A stretch of 64,000 bases of DNA from Bacteroidota bacterium (GTDB taxonomy: Bacteria > Bacteroidota > Bacteroidia > UBA8524), in contig WBUH01000011.1 in NCBI GenBank assembly GCA_008933805.1, forward strand, positions 53,117-117,116, in the 5' to 3' direction. The notes below the pieces were generated by a model, which was given only the letters and a program-made list of their open reading frames with translations, was not told the origin of the DNA and did no database searches. Positions 18,150 to 27,607 of the stretch are shown in pieces (position 1 is the first letter of the stretch; each line of letters starts with the position of its first letter). The position numbers and the translations under genes were made by a program.

Positions 18150-19133
18150 TTATACCACCATGGTGTTGCAGCCGCGTACCTCGCTAAAATCAAGGCGACC
18201 CAGCACCTCAAAACTTCCGTCGACATATTTCCTACCTAAATCTTCCGTCTCTATAAAACTGCACGAATACAAATTGGCAAGGTCAATCACATTTATTCCG
18301 CCTGTTTTTCCTGTGGCGGCATAGCTAAACGGATCGTCGGCATCGCGCACCAAAACACGCATCCACGGTGGACAAAAGAACCGCCCTTCGCTTTTTGAAT
18401 ACGCCTGTGAAAACAGTTCCGTCATGCCATACTCAGAATGTATGGCCGATGGTCCAAAAGCAGTTTGTAGCTCTGTGTGCAGCTCTTTGCGGGTAATTTC
18501 CTTCCTCCTGCCCTTCATCCCTCCCGTTTCCATAATCAGGGTATGTGTCAACTCCATCGGGTATTGAGCCGCAAAATCAAGCAAAGCAAACGATACCCCC
18601 AGCAACAATGTTTTTTGCCCCTTCGCTTCATTTTGGCGTATTACCTTAGCCAGCCCCTCAAAATCATTCAGGTAAAAGCCGCTATCGGCATGTCCGCTTT
18701 GTTGTTTCAGCTTATCAGCCATATACACCAATGATGAACCCGTACGTTCTAAATAACCGGGTAATAGAGCCAATATGCAATACTCTTGGGGTACACCGTA
18801 AAATAACTCAAATCCCTTGTTAAAAGAGTTTTCATAAACCCCTAAATCAGCGGCAAGGTGGCGGCTTTGTCCCGTACCTGTTGTACTGCTGCTCAAAAAG
18901 GTATGCTGTGCATGCATTCCCTCTGCCAATACATCATGGGTTTTAAAAAAGCGGATAGGCAAAAAGGGTATTTGGTGCAACTGCTGCACCCTAGCCGGAT
19001 TTACCCGTAAAAAATCGAGGTATTGGGCATACACAGCACAGTGTTTTGCCTGAAAACTGAAAACTTCATAAACGCTTTCTTCAAAAAAATCGTTATTTGT
19101 AGTAAATATCTCCTGTTTTAAACGGGTAAGCAT
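18150..19133 (-). CDS. LuxE-like acyl-protein synthetase / acyltransferase family protein
   Basis: 327 aa. The N-terminal pattern 'LKQEIFTTNNDFFEESVYEVFSFQAKHCAVYAQYLDFL' and 'SSSTTGTGQSRH' match Bacteroidota LuxE/PaaK-family acyltransferases as I recall them. Confidence 0.5.
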   Translation of the reverse strand: MLTRLKQEIFTTNNDFFEESVYEVFSFQAKHCAVYAQYLDFLRVNPARVQQLHQIPFLPIRFFKTHDVLAEGMHAQHTFLSSSTTGTGQSRHLAADLGVYENSFNKGFELFYGVPQEYCILALLPGYLERTGSSLVYMADKLKQQSGHADSGFYLNDFEGLAKVIRQNEAKGQKTLLLGVSFALLDFAAQYPMELTHTLIMETGGMKGRRKEITRKELHTELQTAFGPSAIHSEYGMTELFSQAYSKSEGRFFCPPWMRVLVRDADDPFSYAATGKTGGINVIDLANLYSCSFIETEDLGRKYVDGSFEVLGRLDFSEVRGCNTMVV

Positions 19134-19135
19134 CT

Positions 19136-19693
19136 ATGAATGGGTTACAATTATTAAAATATACGGCTATAGCCCTTGTTACGCTAACCGCGCTGCAAAG
19201 TTGCTCGCGAAGCGATGATGGAGGCCCACCTGTTCCCGAATTGGGTTATACGGGATACAGCAAATTTAAAAACACAGCCGGAAAAGACAGCTTTGTTACA
19301 CTAAATCTTACGTTTAAAGACGGTGACGGCGATATAGGCCTAAGCGAAAGCGATTCAGTCCCCCCGTATTCATACGGTAGCCCGTTTTTTAACAACCTTT
19401 TTGTTGAGTTTTATGTGATTGAAAACGGCTTGCCTGCTAAAATCACCTCGCAATTCATCGGCCCTGATACACTATACAAAGACACAGTAAATTTTAGCCA
19501 GCGGATAAAATACCTGACGCCTGAAGGAAAAAATAAAAGTATAAAGGGAAGGATAGATGTAATTACTCCGTTTTTTCTGCTTGATTTGGCTACCTACAAA
19601 CCCGATTCAGTGTATTACGAAATTACCTTGGTCGACCGTAGTCTTAACCGCAGCAATTTGATAAAAACACCCTTGATTATGCTTGACTTTTAA
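19136..19693 (+). CDS. hypothetical lipoprotein
   Basis: 'MNGLQLLKYTAIALVTLTALQSCSRSDDGG' is a lipoprotein signal with a lipobox Cys. No recognisable domain. Confidence 0.55.
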   Translation: MNGLQLLKYTAIALVTLTALQSCSRSDDGGPPVPELGYTGYSKFKNTAGKDSFVTLNLTFKDGDGDIGLSESDSVPPYSYGSPFFNNLFVEFYVIENGLPAKITSQFIGPDTLYKDTVNFSQRIKYLTPEGKNKSIKGRIDVITPFFLLDLATYKPDSVYYEITLVDRSLNRSNLIKTPLIMLDF

Positions 19694-19707
19694 GCGAAGA
19701 GCGACGA

Positions 19708-19956
19708 TTAAAAATCGTCGTCTTCAAAGTCGTCGTCATCATCAAAGTCGTTAAACCCGGTTTGATAACCCGCATCGGTGTCGGTCTCAAAATCATCATC
19801 ATCATCGTCCTCTTCTACATCGCTGTAGTTTTCGTCGTCTTCTTCTTCATCCTCGTCGCCGCTTTTGGGTTTAGCCGCCGAGCGTACAGCACCGTAGTTT
19901 GCTGCACCAAACATTACACTGTTAAAACCTTGAAGGATAGTTCCCTGCATTTTCAT
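19708..19956 (-). CDS. small poly-acidic protein (82 aa; C-terminal two-thirds are almost entirely D/E interspersed with F/Y)
   Basis: 'MKMQGTILQGFNSVMFGAANYGAVRSAAKPKSGDEDEEEDDENYSDVEEDDDDDDFETDTDAGYQTGFNDFDDDDDFEDDDF'. The gat/gac/gaa codon run is read cleanly in this frame. It sits 72 bp downstream of, and co-oriented with, the HDAC-family gene. Confidence 0.5.
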   Translation of the reverse strand: MKMQGTILQGFNSVMFGAANYGAVRSAAKPKSGDEDEEEDDENYSDVEEDDDDDDFETDTDAGYQTGFNDFDDDDDFEDDDF

Positions 19957-20028
19957 CTCAAAATAGAAATTTTATGCTAATTTAAAGGAATTAGGAAAAA
20001 CAATAGCAAGTGAAATTTATAAAAATGC

Positions 20029-20931
20029 TTAAAAATATACCCTCAGGGCTTGCTTAAAGGTATTACAATGGGCATTTACCACATCGCTAAGGCGGGGTGA
20101 GTACCCTCCACCCATGCTCACAACTACAGGAATACCAAGGGCTTTAAGCGTTTCAAACACGTAAGCATCTCGCTGTTCACACCCCTGCATACTCACCGAA
20201 AGCTTCCCTAATTTATCTGTTGCCAAAATATCCACGCCCGACAGGTAAAAGGCAAAAGTGGGTGCAAAGTCGGCAATAATTTTTGGCAAATGGGTATGCA
20301 ACAAGGCAAGGTATTCTGCATCGGCGGTATGGGTAGGCACTTCGATATCCAAATGCGATTTTTCTTTTTTGTAAGGATAATTGTCTTTGCCGTGCATACT
20401 AAAGCAAAACACCTGTTTGCTGCCGGCAAAAATTTGCGCAGTGCCGTTGCCTTGGTGCACGTCTAAATCAATTATCAATATCCGTTCGGCCGGGTTTTGT
20501 TTTAAGAGATAGTTTGCCGCCACCGCAAAATCATTCAGCAGGCAAAAACCCTCCCCGCTACCAGTAAACGCATGATGAGTGCCTCCGGCCACATTCATCG
20601 CTACCCCGTACTCACGTGCATGGACGGTGCAGTCAATGGTTCCCTTGCATATAATAATCTCGCGTTGCACCAACTCTTCCGACAGCGGAAACCCAATTTT
20701 GCGCATCTCTTTCGGGGTCAACTCAAGGTGCTTCATCCGCTGCCAATACTCCGCGTCGTGGGTCAGCAAAATGGTCTCATCGTCCAGCGGTTCTGGTTCA
20801 AAAAGATTGTGCTCAGTTATTGCTCCTTCGTGTATCAGCTGTTTAGGAATCAGGTCGTATTTCTCCATCGGAAAACGGTGACCTTCGGGCAATGGGTGGG
20901 CGTAAATAGGACTCCAAGCTATTTTCAGCAT
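20029..20931 (-). CDS. histone deacetylase / acetoin utilization (AcuC-like) family deacetylase
   Basis: 300 aa of the arginase/deacetylase fold. The conserved HDAC blocks are present: 'GGTHHAF...GFCLLND', 'IIDLDVHQGNGT', 'SMHG...YP', 'GGGY'. Confidence 0.85.
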   Translation of the reverse strand: MLKIAWSPIYAHPLPEGHRFPMEKYDLIPKQLIHEGAITEHNLFEPEPLDDETILLTHDAEYWQRMKHLELTPKEMRKIGFPLSEELVQREIIICKGTIDCTVHAREYGVAMNVAGGTHHAFTGSGEGFCLLNDFAVAANYLLKQNPAERILIIDLDVHQGNGTAQIFAGSKQVFCFSMHGKDNYPYKKEKSHLDIEVPTHTADAEYLALLHTHLPKIIADFAPTFAFYLSGVDILATDKLGKLSVSMQGCEQRDAYVFETLKALGIPVVVSMGGGYSPRLSDVVNAHCNTFKQALRVYF

Positions 20932-20987
20932 TTTGTAGTTATACTTTTTGTAGCGCCTGCTTTATGCAGCAGCTTACCACAACTCAA

Positions 20988-21698
20988 TCAATTAAGATAA
21001 AAAAGCGTTTGATTGTTTTGGGCAGAATCGAAAAAATTAACCGGCTGTTGCCCTTCAACTCCGTCAAGGGTATTTAGACTCCTTAGCGTAGCTGTATAAT
21101 AACCATTCAGGTATTGGCCGTTGCCGTGAAAGCCGTTGTTTTTGTAATCTATTAATTCTATCACTCCGTCGTTGTTATAATCAGTAATGTACAACGCGCC
21201 GGGCAGCCAATCCGTTTGTAACACTGTTATATCTTTTGTTTCAGCAGTATCTATTGCAACCACTGTACACTTTCCGGCAAAAGCACCAGTTTCTTGCGGG
21301 TCAGTCAAAACAAGTACTATAAACCCATTTTTTGAAAGAGGCACAAACAAAACAGCCTCTAACTGCAAACGTGCCCGCTGCAAACTCAACGGAAGCTCCC
21401 ATTTTTTTTCTTTATAGGAAACTATCGGTGTATCAACTATAGCTGTATTTTTTCCCTTATCATCCGACTCATACTCAGGAAATAGCGGAACAAACAGATG
21501 GTTAATTACAATGCTGTCGTTATGATAAACAAACGCTGTTTGGTTGGTAGTTAAAGAAATCGTATCGATTGGCGGTTGCGGATACATTGTTTTTAGCAAC
21601 CCCATAATTGTATCAAAGCCCTGTTTATCGGGCTGCTTATTTGTATTGCATCCGTATACTGTACAGGCAAAGGCAACAATTAACCAATGCCAACGCAT
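20988..21698 (-). CDS. hypothetical lipoprotein
   Basis: The start is taken at ATG 21696-21698 ('MRWHWLIVAFACTVYGCNTNKQ', lipobox). The longer ORF to 21938 overlaps the upstream gene out of frame. Confidence 0.5.
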   Translation of the reverse strand: MRWHWLIVAFACTVYGCNTNKQPDKQGFDTIMGLLKTMYPQPPIDTISLTTNQTAFVYHNDSIVINHLFVPLFPEYESDDKGKNTAIVDTPIVSYKEKKWELPLSLQRARLQLEAVLFVPLSKNGFIVLVLTDPQETGAFAGKCTVVAIDTAETKDITVLQTDWLPGALYITDYNNDGVIELIDYKNNGFHGNGQYLNGYYTATLRSLNTLDGVEGQQPVNFFDSAQNNQTLFYLN

Positions 21699-21699
21699 A

Positions 21700-22410
21700 T
21701 TACTCCTCACTTTCAAACCTGGCTCTAAATCCAACCTTTGAAGTATTGAAGCCCGAGTTGTAGCTGTTATAATTTTTTTGCTCAACGGTAATGATGTTAA
21801 ACATATCAAACGGCGGAACAAGCAAATCATTATGCAGGCAATGAAGCATACACTCTTCAAGAATTTTATTGGTGTACATCTCGCCCATTTCCATAGTAGT
21901 GAAATCGTTGTACAAAAAGCTAAACGGACGGCTGCCATCCATAAAAAAGTGTTTCTCGCGGTTCACAAACAGACGGGTAATCAGCGAGCCCATATCTCCC
22001 CCTCTGTTGTATTTCAGTGAGTCTGAAAGAAAATTATATACCTGTATCAACCCGCAGTATTCGCGCAACGGGTCTTCTTTCACATACGGCAATTTGTTGA
22101 TTGCATGGCCGCTGTCAAAATCAAAAATATTGGTGTGCATCATAAACACCAGTGTATCTCCTCCAAATTTCAGATGCGCTTCAAAAGGGCCTACTTCTGT
22201 AAATTTCACATCAAGATTTTTGTGCAGTCCTTGTATTTGATTGTTCAGGTTTTGCTCATATCCCTGCATCACTTTCTTAAACTCGGCCATCACTTCAACA
22301 GTGGCCTGATAGGCTTGTTGTTTTGCTACCGATTTATTGCGCATTATATCTACAATCTCTTCTATACGGGTTTTAGGCATCTTCTCAGGGGATTTATTTA
22401 TGATGCACAA
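21700..22410 (-). CDS. hypothetical cytoplasmic protein, immediately upstream of (likely co-transcribed with) the lipoprotein
   Basis: 236-aa ORF with no signal peptide and no recognisable motif. There is a 1-bp gap to the downstream gene. Confidence 0.45.
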   Translation of the reverse strand: MCIINKSPEKMPKTRIEEIVDIMRNKSVAKQQAYQATVEVMAEFKKVMQGYEQNLNNQIQGLHKNLDVKFTEVGPFEAHLKFGGDTLVFMMHTNIFDFDSGHAINKLPYVKEDPLREYCGLIQVYNFLSDSLKYNRGGDMGSLITRLFVNREKHFFMDGSRPFSFLYNDFTTMEMGEMYTNKILEECMLHCLHNDLLVPPFDMFNIITVEQKNYNSYNSGFNTSKVGFRARFESEE

Positions 22411-22431
22411 AGTTTAGTTGTTTGTACATAA

Positions 22432-22470
22432 AAACAAAACCCGCCTGCAAAAACTACAAGCGGGTTTCAT
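22432..22470. terminator. hairpin terminator (aaacccgc-N15-gcgggttt) downstream of the FG-GAP gene
   Basis: An 8-bp stem with AT-rich flanks, 3' of the - strand gene ending at 22489. Confidence 0.5.
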
Positions 22471-22488
22471 AGAATTTATCGGGAGTGT

Positions 22489-25400
22489 TTATTTCAAAAA
22501 CACTTTCACGGTTTTATAAACATTGTTACCGTTTACTTTTACCAGATAGTAGCCCGTTGATACTCCGTTTACGGTTAGGGTTTGTATTTGGTTGCCTGTG
22601 AAGCTTACAGGGGCTTGTACCGTTCTGCCCAACAAGTCTAACACTTCTACCGTGTAGCTTGTTGTGTTGGGTGCATTGATGGTAATAGTGTTACCCGTGC
22701 TGCCCACATACACAGGAACTTTGTTTTCTGTTACTTCTTCTACACTTACGCCGCTTTTCTTGCTGAAACGTAGTTCAAAACGGTTGGCTGTATTGCTAAG
22801 GTCGTGGGCAAAGGTGTAATCGCCTTTGGTGATGTCGTGTTTAGCTCCGCTTTGCTTGTCTTCTAATTCAACGGTGATATTAGGAGCCATGTTTTCTTTG
22901 GTGAAGCTGAAGGTGTATTGTCCTGCTTCTTTGGCTTCAAAACTTAGTTGGGCTGCTTCATTGTTTTCGGGCAATGTGTTCCATACTTCTTTGTTCGCTT
23001 TCTTGCCTTCTAATACAAAGTATAAGTTGGGAGCTGCTAAGTTAGGACGTTTGTTACCGTCCATCACATCGTAACCGTTGGTAGCGTTATCATCGGTATA
23101 AAACTTCACTTTGTCTGTTTTGCCGTTGTTGTCGCTTACTTGTACTTGTACAAAGTTGGGCAGACTGGTTTTATCAAAGTAGTTTACCAAACTGTCTGTT
23201 GTTCTGGCACTGTTCTTTAAAGTGATGCTGGTGTTGTTTGTGGTTACTTCTATCAGCATCGGGGTAAAGGGCGGGATTACTCCGTTATCCGTTCCGTCAA
23301 ATACTTGGTATGCTCCTGCGCTTTGGTTGTATAACCATACTTGGTTGCCTTGTACACCACCGCTGTTAATCGTGATGTTGTTATCGTCCCAGGTAAATCC
23401 GCTGGGCCATGGGTTGCCTATGTAATGCCAGCCTGTGGTATCTGCCATTGAGCCTGTACGGGTGAGGTTAGCGTGGGTATAGTCGGATGTTCCTCGGTAA
23501 GATCCTTGGATATCTAAAGTAAGGGGAAGCGGATTAGCCCAGCTTGAAGTACCGCCCATATAAATAGAGTAGGCACTGTCGCCAAAGGCTGCACTCGTGC
23601 CTGAAGGAATTGACCAATAAGGTGAGGTTTGCTCGTTAAAGTAATACACGGTAGCAAAACCATTATCAGGTGTACCGAAGTTAAGGTTTACATCGTCGTT
23701 TACTTGTGCTAAGGTTGCTCCGCTAACGGGTGAGTTCACAGGTCTCCAATCGGCTCCGCCTCCTGCTATCAGCATTTCAGCGGTTACGCTGCCGCTTAGA
23801 GTACCTGTGCCTGTGCCTGCTATCTGGCCATAGGTGGTTGCTCCCGTGGCTTCTAATTTTAGTTTGTCATTGGTGGTTAGGGTACCGCTGGTAAGAGTAA
23901 GTACTCCGTTGATGCCAAGTGAGTCCTGTATGGTAGCTCCTGCACTATTGTTCAGTTGCAGGTTACGGGTAGTACCCGTTCCGTAAATGTTCTGGGCTGA
24001 AGTACCGTCTAATACTATTTTACCTACTCCGCTTACAGTTCCGTTGTTGGTGTAGTTACTCTTTATGTTTAAATCACCGCTTAGGCTGGCGGTGGTTCCG
24101 CTATTCACCGTTAAGGTGTTTAACACTGCACCGGAAGCGATTGTAGCCGTTCCGGCTGAAACAGTACAAACACAAGATACGGTAGAGCCGCTGGGGCTAG
24201 AACCTACCCAGCCGTTGTTGTATTCAAGTTCGCAGGTACTATTTTGAAAAAAGTAGGCCGCTCCGGCATTGCTTTTATAGTTTCCGCCGGCACTGTCCCA
24301 ATCGTTACCGGCACCTTGTGTACCCGAGCTTATTAATGCATACGTTCCGTCAACTGCTACTGCTGTACCAAAGCGATCACCGGCTACACGGGCACTGTCA
24401 GTATCGGGCGGGGTTAGCTTTTTGCTGTAGCCCCAAACGCCGTTGCTTTTCTTAAACACATAGGCAGCCCCCGATGTAGATTTGAAGTTAACACCAGAGC
24501 TGTCCCAATCCTGCTGTGAAGCACCTATTAATATATAATTACCGCTTATGCTTAATGAGTTACCAAACCCATCACCAATCTTCCTTGCACTATCACTGGT
24601 ATTGGAGGGTGGGGTAAGTTTTTTCACATATCCCCATACCCCGTTATTGCGTTCAAAAACATACGCTGCTCCGGTTTGTAGGGCAAAATTGCCGCCCGCA
24701 CTGTCATAATCATTGCTAACCGCCCCTACTACCAGTGTAGTGCCTTGTAAACTCATGTTTTGCCCAAATTGGTCGCTGCCTACCCTTGCGCTATCGGTAT
24801 TGGGCGGGGTTAGTTTTTTGGCATACCCCCATACTCCGTTTCTTCGTTCAAACATATATACCGCACCGGCCAAACTTTTAAATCTGCCGCCCGCACTGTC
24901 CCAGTCTTGTCCATTGGCACCCACTGCTATATAATCACCGCTAACGGCTACAGCAACACCAAAGTTATCACTGGCTACCCTTGCACTATCGGTATTGGGG
25001 GGGGTTATTTTCTTTTGAAAACCCCAAACCCCGTTCACCCTTTCGTATATCCACGCTGCACCGGCATTACTTTTACCGTTACCGTTGGCACTATCCCGGT
25101 CATGGCCCGGCGCGCCTACTACAATGGTAGTGCCATCTATGGCCACCCTTGTACCAAACTGGTCCAAACTTTGTCGGTCGGGTGCAGTAATTTTTTTCAC
25201 TTGCGTCCATGCTCCAACGCTGTTTCGTTCCCAGATATAAGCAGCTCCGGCTGATGACATATTGTTAAACCCTGTGGAGTCAAAATCATGGTCGCGTGCA
25301 CCCACCACACAATAATCACCACTGATACCGACAGAAATACCAAAAAAATCACTTGTGGCACGGGCAGTATCTCCCCCGCCTGAACTTCTTGGAGACAGTC

Positions 25401-25683
25401 TTTTTACCCTGCCCCATACGCCCGTACTTGGGTTGCGCTCCCATATATGGGCACTACCGGCAGCATTTAAAGAGTTATTCCCAGCTGAATCGTACTCAGC
25501 ATCGGACGAGCCTATAATAGCATAATTACCGCTGAGGCTCACGGATACCCCGAAGTTGTCACCCGCAACCCTTGCACTATCGGTATTGGGGGGGGTTATT
25601 TTTTTTAGGTAATTAAAATTTTGCGAATAGCTCTCAAGGCAGCTAAGCAGGATAAATACCGAAAGTAGTAAAAACCGATTCAT
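22489..25683 (-). CDS. giant secreted FG-GAP (integrin-alpha-like beta-propeller) repeat protein with T9SS type A C-terminal sorting domain
   Basis: Signal peptide 'MNRFLLLSVFILLSCLESYSQ'. There are about 9 repeats of '...KKITPPNTDSARVAGDNFGVSV..SG.Y..IG....D.DSAG......AG.A.I.ER'. The C-terminus 'TVEVLDLLGRTVQAPVSFTGNQIQTLTVNGVSTGYYLVKVNGNNVYKTVKVFLK' is a Por_Secre_tail. Confidence 0.8.
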   Translation of the reverse strand: MNRFLLLSVFILLSCLESYSQNFNYLKKITPPNTDSARVAGDNFGVSVSLSGNYAIIGSSDAEYDSAGNNSLNAAGSAHIWERNPSTGVWGRVKRLSPRSSGGGDTARATSDFFGISVGISGDYCVVGARDHDFDSTGFNNMSSAGAAYIWERNSVGAWTQVKKITAPDRQSLDQFGTRVAIDGTTIVVGAPGHDRDSANGNGKSNAGAAWIYERVNGVWGFQKKITPPNTDSARVASDNFGVAVAVSGDYIAVGANGQDWDSAGGRFKSLAGAVYMFERRNGVWGYAKKLTPPNTDSARVGSDQFGQNMSLQGTTLVVGAVSNDYDSAGGNFALQTGAAYVFERNNGVWGYVKKLTPPSNTSDSARKIGDGFGNSLSISGNYILIGASQQDWDSSGVNFKSTSGAAYVFKKSNGVWGYSKKLTPPDTDSARVAGDRFGTAVAVDGTYALISSGTQGAGNDWDSAGGNYKSNAGAAYFFQNSTCELEYNNGWVGSSPSGSTVSCVCTVSAGTATIASGAVLNTLTVNSGTTASLSGDLNIKSNYTNNGTVSGVGKIVLDGTSAQNIYGTGTTRNLQLNNSAGATIQDSLGINGVLTLTSGTLTTNDKLKLEATGATTYGQIAGTGTGTLSGSVTAEMLIAGGGADWRPVNSPVSGATLAQVNDDVNLNFGTPDNGFATVYYFNEQTSPYWSIPSGTSAAFGDSAYSIYMGGTSSWANPLPLTLDIQGSYRGTSDYTHANLTRTGSMADTTGWHYIGNPWPSGFTWDDNNITINSGGVQGNQVWLYNQSAGAYQVFDGTDNGVIPPFTPMLIEVTTNNTSITLKNSARTTDSLVNYFDKTSLPNFVQVQVSDNNGKTDKVKFYTDDNATNGYDVMDGNKRPNLAAPNLYFVLEGKKANKEVWNTLPENNEAAQLSFEAKEAGQYTFSFTKENMAPNITVELEDKQSGAKHDITKGDYTFAHDLSNTANRFELRFSKKSGVSVEEVTENKVPVYVGSTGNTITINAPNTTSYTVEVLDLLGRTVQAPVSFTGNQIQTLTVNGVSTGYYLVKVNGNNVYKTVKVFLK

Positions 25684-25912
25684 AAGTAAGTTAGCAGTTA
25701 TTTATTTCACTAACAAAGGTGGGCATATTAATCAATTGTTATACGCTGTGAAATCAACCGTTTCTTGTTCAAATCAATCGTTCATGTATAATATAATAAA
25801 CATGATTACTTATAACTAATGAATAAAATAAGGTGGACACATTTTTTGCAATACTGTAGCTGATTTGAACAAGTAAGATAACTGTTTGTAATGCTCTTAA
25901 ATTCCCAAAAAA

Positions 25913-25952
25913 CAAAAGGGCAAAAGTACTGTATGTGCTTTTGCCCCTTTGT
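25913..25952. terminator. rho-independent terminator (gggcaaaag-N-cttttgccc) downstream of proS
   Basis: A 9-bp stem flanked by T-runs, 3' of the - strand proS gene ending at 26010. Confidence 0.65.
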
Positions 25953-26009
25953 ATATGGGTCAACTACCGTTGGCAAGCTATGTGATAAACAAGCGTGCTA
26001 CCGGCTTAA

Positions 26010-27506
26010 TTAATATGCTTTTGCAAATAATACCCGTTGGGTAGACGGCTTTCCTGTTAATATACAAGTGCCTTCTTCTTGTTTATTATCTAAAGGTATA
26101 CAACGAATGGTTGCTTTAGTAAGCTCTTTAATTTTCACCTCGGTTTCAGTAGTACCGTCCCAATGTGCTGCTATAAAACCGGCTTTGTTTTCTAATATAT
26201 CGGTAAACTCATCCCAAGTATTTGCATAATGGATGTTATTATCCCTAAAATCAAGGGCACGCTGGTATATATTGTTTTGGATGTTCTCAAGCAGGTGCAC
26301 AATCTTCTCGTCCAAATCAATCATGCTTAAAAACTCCTTCTCTTTGGTATCGCGGCGAGCCACCTCAACAGTACCCTTTTCCACATCTTTAGGACCAATG
26401 GCTATGCGCACGGGTACACCTTTCAATTCGTACTCGTTAAATTTAAAGCCGGGCTTGTGCGTATCGCGGTTATCATACTTTACTGATAATCCTTTCGCCT
26501 CCAGCATTTTTTTGGCTTCAAGGGCTTTTTCGTTCACCAAAGCAAACTCTTCTTCGCTACGATAAATAGGTATAATTACCACTTGTATGGGAGCCAAACG
26601 AGGTGGCAATACCAACCCGTCGTCATCGCTGTGCGCCATAATCAAAGCACCCATCAGGCGGGTACTCACCCCCCACGATGTTGCCCACACATAATCCAAC
26701 TTACCTTCTTTATCGGCAAATTTCACATCAAATGCTTTGGCAAAGTTTTGCCCTAAAAAGTGTGAGGTACCCATTTGCAATGCTTTCCCATCTTGCATCA
26801 AACCTTCTATACAGTAGGTATCATCGGCACCTGCAAAACGTTCGTTTTCGGTTTTCACACCCTTTACTACAGGCACGGCCAATACGTTTTCAGCAAAATC
26901 AGCATACACCTCCAGCATTTGTTTGGTTTCGGCCACTGCTTCTTGTGCGGTAGCATGGGCAGTGTGCCCCTCTTGCCACAAAAACTCAGCCGTGCGAAGG
27001 AACAAACGGGTACGCATTTCCCAACGCACTACGTTAGCCCATTGGTTTACCAAAATTGGCAAATCGCGGTAGCTCTGTATCCAGCCTTTATAGGTGTTCC
27101 AAATAATCGCCTCACTGGTGGGGCGTACTATCAGCTCTTCTTCCAGTTTGCTGTTGGGGTCAACAATCAATTTGCCTTTGTTATCAGGGTCAGCTTTTAG
27201 TCGGTAGTGAGTTACAACTGCACATTCTTTTGCAAAGCCTTCCGCATTTTTTTCTTCGGCCTCAAAAAGACTTTTGGGCACAAAAAGCGGAAAATATGCA
27301 TTCACGTGTCCGGTAGCTTTGAACCTCCTGTCCAAATCCTGTTGCATCTTCTCCCATATTGCATAGCCGTACGGCTTTATCACCATACATCCTTTAACTG
27401 CACTATGCTCGGCCAAATCGGCGTTTTTCACAAGGTTGTTGTACCAAAGCGAGTAGTCCTCGCTGCGTTTTACTTTTTTATTGTCCATTGTGTTTACATT
27501 ATTCAA
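26010..27506 (-). CDS. proS: proline--tRNA ligase (archaeal/eukaryotic-type class II ProRS typical of Bacteroidota)
   Basis: '[43 protein letters not shown]' is the signature ProRS N-terminus. Length of ~490 aa and the C-terminal Zn-binding ProRS-C1 region ('CIPLD...[10 protein letters not shown]') fit. The true start may be the downstream ATG at 27488. Confidence 0.9.
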   Translation of the reverse strand: MNNVNTMDNKKVKRSEDYSLWYNNLVKNADLAEHSAVKGCMVIKPYGYAIWEKMQQDLDRRFKATGHVNAYFPLFVPKSLFEAEEKNAEGFAKECAVVTHYRLKADPDNKGKLIVDPNSKLEEELIVRPTSEAIIWNTYKGWIQSYRDLPILVNQWANVVRWEMRTRLFLRTAEFLWQEGHTAHATAQEAVAETKQMLEVYADFAENVLAVPVVKGVKTENERFAGADDTYCIEGLMQDGKALQMGTSHFLGQNFAKAFDVKFADKEGKLDYVWATSWGVSTRLMGALIMAHSDDDGLVLPPRLAPIQVVIIPIYRSEEEFALVNEKALEAKKMLEAKGLSVKYDNRDTHKPGFKFNEYELKGVPVRIAIGPKDVEKGTVEVARRDTKEKEFLSMIDLDEKIVHLLENIQNNIYQRALDFRDNNIHYANTWDEFTDILENKAGFIAAHWDGTTETEVKIKELTKATIRCIPLDNKQEEGTCILTGKPSTQRVLFAKAY

Positions 27507-27607
27507 GTTTATTGCCTACCTTGTACAAGTCAGCAGGCTTTGTTACCATTTGCTTTGGAATGGTTTTTGAAGTATTTACAGTGTAACACCCCAAAACCAC
27601 ACACGTT

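Noticed and set aside
21698-21938. Long N-terminal extension of the lipoprotein ORF (start at 21938)
   Set aside because: The extension overlaps the 3' end of the upstream gene in another frame and carries no signal peptide. The internal ATG at 21698 gives a perfect lipoprotein signal.
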